From Trueperaceae bacterium (GTDB lineage Bacteria > Deinococcota > Deinococci > Deinococcales > Trueperaceae): a stretch of DNA of 11,338 bases. The translations under genes and the position numbers were made by a program. The notes beneath the pieces were generated by a model, which saw nothing but the letters and a program-made list of their open reading frames with translations, ran no database searches and was not told the DNA's origin. This document shows positions 7,635-11,338 of the stretch, piece by piece. Where the stretch lies: the NCBI GenBank assembly GCA_040905465.1, contig JBBDRK010000013.1:1-11338 (forward strand), read 5' to 3'. Within the stretch, counting starts at the first letter, position 1. The number at the start of each line of letters is the position of its first letter.

Positions 7635-8921
7635 CTAGGCCCCCTCCGGGACGAATCTGAAGTAGAGCATCATGAACACCGCCAGGATGAAGAACAGAAG
7701 CACGGCAGTTGCGGCGCCGGCGCCGATGTCGGCGCGCGCGAAAGCGTTGTCATAGACCTGGATGGTGAGTGTCTCGGTGCCGGCAGCGCCCCCGGTGAGC
7801 AGGAAGATATCGTCGAACTTGTTGAACGTCCAGATGAAGCGCAGCAGGAACAGCGTGGACAAGACCCCAACGAGCTGTGGCAGGGTGATCCAGCGAAACT
7901 GCTGCAGCGGGCTGGCGCCGTCTACTTCCGCCGCCTCGTACATGTCTCGCGGCATGGCCTGGAAGCGGGCCAGGATGAATAGGAATGCGAACGGAAAATA
8001 GCGCCAGGCTTCGAATGCGATGACGGTGGAGAGCGCCAGCGGAATGCTCAGCGTTAGTCCGAAAAACGCGAGATCGAAGCTGCGTTGGCTCAGAAAGGCG
8101 ATCGGTCGCTCGAAGAAACCGAACTCCACTCCCAGGAGGTTCAGGCTGCCGCTGAACGGGTCCAGGAAGAACGCCCAGGTGAAGGCGACGGCGATGACCG
8201 GTGCCACGTAGGGGAACAGGAACAAGCCGCGCAGAAGCCCTTGGCCGGGAAAGCGTACGTTCAGCAACTGTGCCGCGAACAGGCCGAGCAGGATCGAGAA
8301 GACCGAGCCTCCCAAGGTGTAGCCGATCGTCACCCAGAACGCAGGCCAGAACTCGCTTCCGCTCAAGACGAAACGGAAGTTGCGCAGCGTGAATTCGAGG
8401 TTCGCAAGGACGCCGGCGGCTCGGCCGCTTACGGTAGCGGCGGTCGGGCTCCGCTCGTTCACGCCGGCCCCGAAATACTCGGACGCGGCCACGAACGACA
8501 GTTCCAGGTTCTCGCGCTGGCCGCCCTCCCAGTCTCCGACGAGGCAGCTCAAGCGGTCGTCACGAATCGTGCAGCGTTCGTCGAGTTCGACAGGTTCGAG
8601 CCCGGCCGGCAACGTCGCGCGCAGAGTTACCGCGGCGATACCGGCACGCGGGCTGCTGTTGCGCATCTGGTAGCGCAACTCGAGCAAGTCGCCCGGCGCC
8701 TCGGGAGCGCTCAACACCCGTTCGCGTAACACCGGCACCGGCGGCCGCAGGTCGCCCAGGCGAACCTCCTTGAGGCTGATCCAGAAGTTGGCCAGCACCG
8801 GGAACAGCACCACCAGGAAGACGATGGCGAACCCGGGGGCGAGCATTGCGAACGCCAACCGCCGCTCGCGGGCCGCCAGGCTGCCGGGTGTCCGATTGCG
8901 TGGTCGCTTGGGTACCGTCAT
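7635..8921 (-). CDS. Carbohydrate ABC transporter permease, MalF/YcjO-like, with inserted extracytoplasmic domain (about 428 aa)
   Basis: WRYFPFAF, EAA loop MYEAAEVDGAS, ITLPQL and FNKFDDIFLLTGG. Start placed at ATG 8921 (MTVPKR) because the 9029 start overlaps the SBP gene. Confidence 0.9.
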   Translation of the reverse strand: MTVPKRPRNRTPGSLAARERRLAFAMLAPGFAIVFLVVLFPVLANFWISLKEVRLGDLRPPVPVLRERVLSAPEAPGDLLELRYQMRNSSPRAGIAAVTLRATLPAGLEPVELDERCTIRDDRLSCLVGDWEGGQRENLELSFVAASEYFGAGVNERSPTAATVSGRAAGVLANLEFTLRNFRFVLSGSEFWPAFWVTIGYTLGGSVFSILLGLFAAQLLNVRFPGQGLLRGLFLFPYVAPVIAVAFTWAFFLDPFSGSLNLLGVEFGFFERPIAFLSQRSFDLAFFGLTLSIPLALSTVIAFEAWRYFPFAFLFILARFQAMPRDMYEAAEVDGASPLQQFRWITLPQLVGVLSTLFLLRFIWTFNKFDDIFLLTGGAAGTETLTIQVYDNAFARADIGAGAATAVLLFFILAVFMMLYFRFVPEGA

Positions 8922-8931
8922 GACGGGCGGA

Positions 8932-8954
8932 GTGGGGCGCGCGTGGCGCCCCAC
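8932..8954 (-). other. Intercistronic stem-loop after the binding-protein gene
   Basis: GTGGGGCGC (8932-8940) and GCGCCCCAC (8946-8954) form a perfect 9-bp inverted repeat with a 5-nt loop, 10 nt after the SBP stop. Confidence 0.65.
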
Positions 8955-8964
8955 CGAACCGCGC

Positions 8965-10296
8965 TCAGCGCTGGAGCGCTTCCACTTCGAGTTGCAGGAC
9001 CGACGCTGTCTCCTCGGCGGTGCGTTCACCGTCGATGAAGTCGCGGACGCCTTCGGACATTACACGCGTTCCATAGAGCGCCGACACCAGGGCACCCTGG
9101 CCCTCACGGTAACCCCAGCGACTGGCCTGGTCGAGGCCGGCCACTATGTCCTCGATCACGTCCTGTTCGTAGAAATCGCCGAGGGGCGCCTTACGGTCCA
9201 CACCCACCTCGAGCTGAGACCACTGCTCGACGAAGTCTCGGGAGCCGCTCTCCGCGCCACGCCGAACCGGGAACGTGCCTTCGGCCGCGATCGAGAGGGT
9301 GTCGATGTAGCCCTCAGTCATCGAGTACTCGACGAATCGCTGGGCCGACTCGATATCGGCGTCGACGGTGATGCCGTAGTAGCGCACGTCTGCCCAGCCG
9401 GCACCCTCGGGGTTGCTGGGGCCTGCGATGCGGGCGACGAAGCCGGAGTTGCGCGCCAACGTGCCGGACTCCTTGTCGGCATCGTAGGTCACTGGGGCCT
9501 CGTCGCGAAGTCCGGCCAGTTCGTCGAGGATGAAGGGCGACCAGACGATCATGGCGGCGTTGCCCGCGAAGTAGAGCTCGCGCGACTGCTGCCAATACAG
9601 GTTGCCGGGCGGGCTGGCGTCGACCAGCTCGTTGTAGAACTCCAGGGTCTCCACCATTTCGGGGGAGTCGACGGCGACATTGCCTTGTTCGTCGACCAGC
9701 CGCACGCCGTTGGCCAGGGCCATGTGTTCGAACACCTGCATCATGTAGTCTTCGCCCGGATCGGTCGCCGCCACGAATCCGTACATGTCGGGCGGATCGT
9801 GGAGCGCCTCGACGCCGGCGCGAATGCTCTCGTAGTCGGTCGGCGGAGCCAGGCCCGCCTCCTCGAACAGGTCGGCTCGATACACCAGTAGCTGAGTCCA
9901 GCCGCTGTGTGGCACCGCCGCCCAGCCGTCCTCGAAGCGCACCAGGTCCAGAGCGCCGGCACCGTATGTGTCCTCGCCAAGATTCTCCACGACTTCGGTA
10001 GCGGCGAACGTGTCGAGGATCCCCTCTTCGGCCCAGCCGATGCTGCGGGACAACGGGTGGTAGATGATGTCCGGCAGGCTGCCGGCCGCAAAGGCGGCCG
10101 TTGCACGCTCCCCTAGCGCGCTCTCGGTAACGGGCACCACTTCCACACTGATGCCTGTCTCCGCCTCGAAGTCGGCGGCGATACGGTTCTGGACTTCGAG
10201 GCGCTCGGGCTGCTCCTCGGTGGTCCACAGCACCAGTTGAGCGTGGGTGACGCCGGCCATAGCCAGCAACACGATCAGAATTTGGAATTTGCGCAT
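8965..10296 (-). CDS. Sugar ABC transporter substrate-binding protein, family 1, YcjN-like (443 aa)
   Basis: Signal peptide MRKFQILIVLLAMAGVTHA|Q with no lipobox Cys. Motifs FEAETGISVEVVPV, GSLPDII, LVYRADLFEEAGL and FAGNAAM. GGAGG lies 5 nt upstream of ATG 10296. Confidence 0.92.
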   Translation of the reverse strand: MRKFQILIVLLAMAGVTHAQLVLWTTEEQPERLEVQNRIAADFEAETGISVEVVPVTESALGERATAAFAAGSLPDIIYHPLSRSIGWAEEGILDTFAATEVVENLGEDTYGAGALDLVRFEDGWAAVPHSGWTQLLVYRADLFEEAGLAPPTDYESIRAGVEALHDPPDMYGFVAATDPGEDYMMQVFEHMALANGVRLVDEQGNVAVDSPEMVETLEFYNELVDASPPGNLYWQQSRELYFAGNAAMIVWSPFILDELAGLRDEAPVTYDADKESGTLARNSGFVARIAGPSNPEGAGWADVRYYGITVDADIESAQRFVEYSMTEGYIDTLSIAAEGTFPVRRGAESGSRDFVEQWSQLEVGVDRKAPLGDFYEQDVIEDIVAGLDQASRWGYREGQGALVSALYGTRVMSEGVRDFIDGERTAEETASVLQLEVEALQR

Positions 10297-10360
10297 GCAT
10301 GCCTCCAATTGAAGTTGCGATCAACGAAAGTGGAACGGCCGATATCTCCTCGGTCCAGCA

Positions 10361-11338
10361 TCACCTCCCCGGAAATGCGCGGCGGACGTTGACCGAATCG
10401 CGTTTGATGAGCCGCGCGGCGATCGAGATGTGTTGCACGACGTCGTCGCCACCGAGGGCGTCCAGCAACCTGCTGGCGGCGGCCCGGCCCATCGCCCGGG
10501 CAGGCTGACGTACGGTGGTAAGGGGTGGATCGAGATAAGCGCTCCAGGGAAGGTCGTCGAAACCGACGACCGAGATATCTTCCGGTATGCGTACTCCGGC
10601 GGACCGGGCCGCGTGGTACAACCCCACTGCTACCCGATCGTTGGTGCATACGACCGCGCTGACGGCATCGTGGCCGGGTAGCCCGGACAACAGCTCCGCA
10701 CCGGCGCGCAGGCCACCCCCTTCGCGGGAGTCGCTCTCCAGCATCGGGCCCGGCTCGAGCCCTCGAGAACGAGTCACCGACTCGAAGCATTGCCGTCGTT
10801 CGACTCCGTCGCGACGTACCCCGGCTATGTGCGCGATTCCGGTATGACCCAGCTCGATCAGGTGCTCGACTGCGGCGCTCACGCCGCTGTGGTTGTCGAG
10901 GCACAAGGTGGTGAACTCGTCGCCGTCGACAGGCCATTCGCGTTGGACGAGGACGGTTGCCGGGCCTCCCCTCAGGAGGGACTTCAGCTTGCCCGGTTCC
11001 AGCTGACTGCCGATGAGCACCAGGGCGTCCACCCGTCGCGCCAGCAGGAGCTCGAGCGCCGCCTCCTCCTGGGCAAGGCTTCGGTTGTCGGTGACCATCA
11101 TGTAGTGCATTCCCAACGGTTCGAGAACGTCCTCGATTCCCCTGGCCATCTGTGCGTAGAGCGGGCCGATGACGTCGGGAATGAGCACGCCGATCACCCC
11201 CGTCTTGCCGGTCACCAGTCCGCGGGCGAGATCGTTCCGGCGATAGTTGAGCTTGGCGACCGCCTGCTCTACCGCGCTTCGGGCCCGTGGCGACACATGC
11301 CCACCGTTGAGAACTCGGGAGACGGTCGCCGTAGAAAC
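10361..11338 (-). CDS. LacI-family transcriptional regulator (5'-truncated)
   Basis: The frame is open to the window edge and reads VSTATVSRVLN (LacI HTH), then LNYRRNDLARGL (hinge), CTNDRVAVG, IPEDISVVGFDD and PPLTTVRQP. Confidence 0.95.
   Translation of the reverse strand, partial: VSTATVSRVLNGGHVSPRARSAVEQAVAKLNYRRNDLARGLVTGKTGVIGVLIPDVIGPLYAQMARGIEDVLEPLGMHYMMVTDNRSLAQEEAALELLLARRVDALVLIGSQLEPGKLKSLLRGGPATVLVQREWPVDGDEFTTLCLDNHSGVSAAVEHLIELGHTGIAHIAGVRRDGVERRQCFESVTRSRGLEPGPMLESDSREGGGLRAGAELLSGLPGHDAVSAVVCTNDRVAVGLYHAARSAGVRIPEDISVVGFDDLPWSAYLDPPLTTVRQPARAMGRAAASRLLDALGGDDVVQHISIAARLIKRDSVNVRRAFPGR

Noticed and set aside
8770-10324. ORFs 8770..9891 (+) and 9314..10324 (-)
   Set aside because: They overlap the well-supported SBP gene and have no motifs.
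10307-10360. LacI operator between lacI and the SBP gene (GTTG-CGAT-CAAC; TGGAACGGCC)
   Set aside because: Short and imperfect, with no clear match to the usual LacI AANCGNTT core. The real operator probably lies upstream of lacI, outside the window.

Overview
GC-rich bacterial window, possibly Deinococcota (inferred from an SPI-type A|Q signal peptide, a TAGACT-type -10 box, a probable leaderless gene and the DinB/ComB content). It holds the 3' part of a class II-like UvrA paralogue on + and, converging on it, nine genes on -. In transcription order these are: LacI regulator (5'-truncated), sugar ABC binding protein, two atypically long permeases, a GH63-type glucosyl/mannosylglycerate hydrolase-like enzyme, a DinB protein, a ComB-family phosphatase, a GntR regulator with a C-terminal extension, and a DRE-TIM acetyl-CoA condensing enzyme. 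The highlight is this last enzyme. It closely resembles the phosphinothricin-pathway 2-phosphinomethylmalate synthase (Re-citrate synthase clade) but has no phosphonate genes in view. It sits behind its own GntR and next to a ComB homologue. Also notable are a YcjNOP-like transporter coupled to GH63 (candidate glycosyl-glycerate scavenging system) and an Ig/DUF11-like domain inserted in the MalF-type permease. All similarity calls come from motif recognition and recall, not from a search. No RNA genes, CRISPR arrays or mobile elements were seen.
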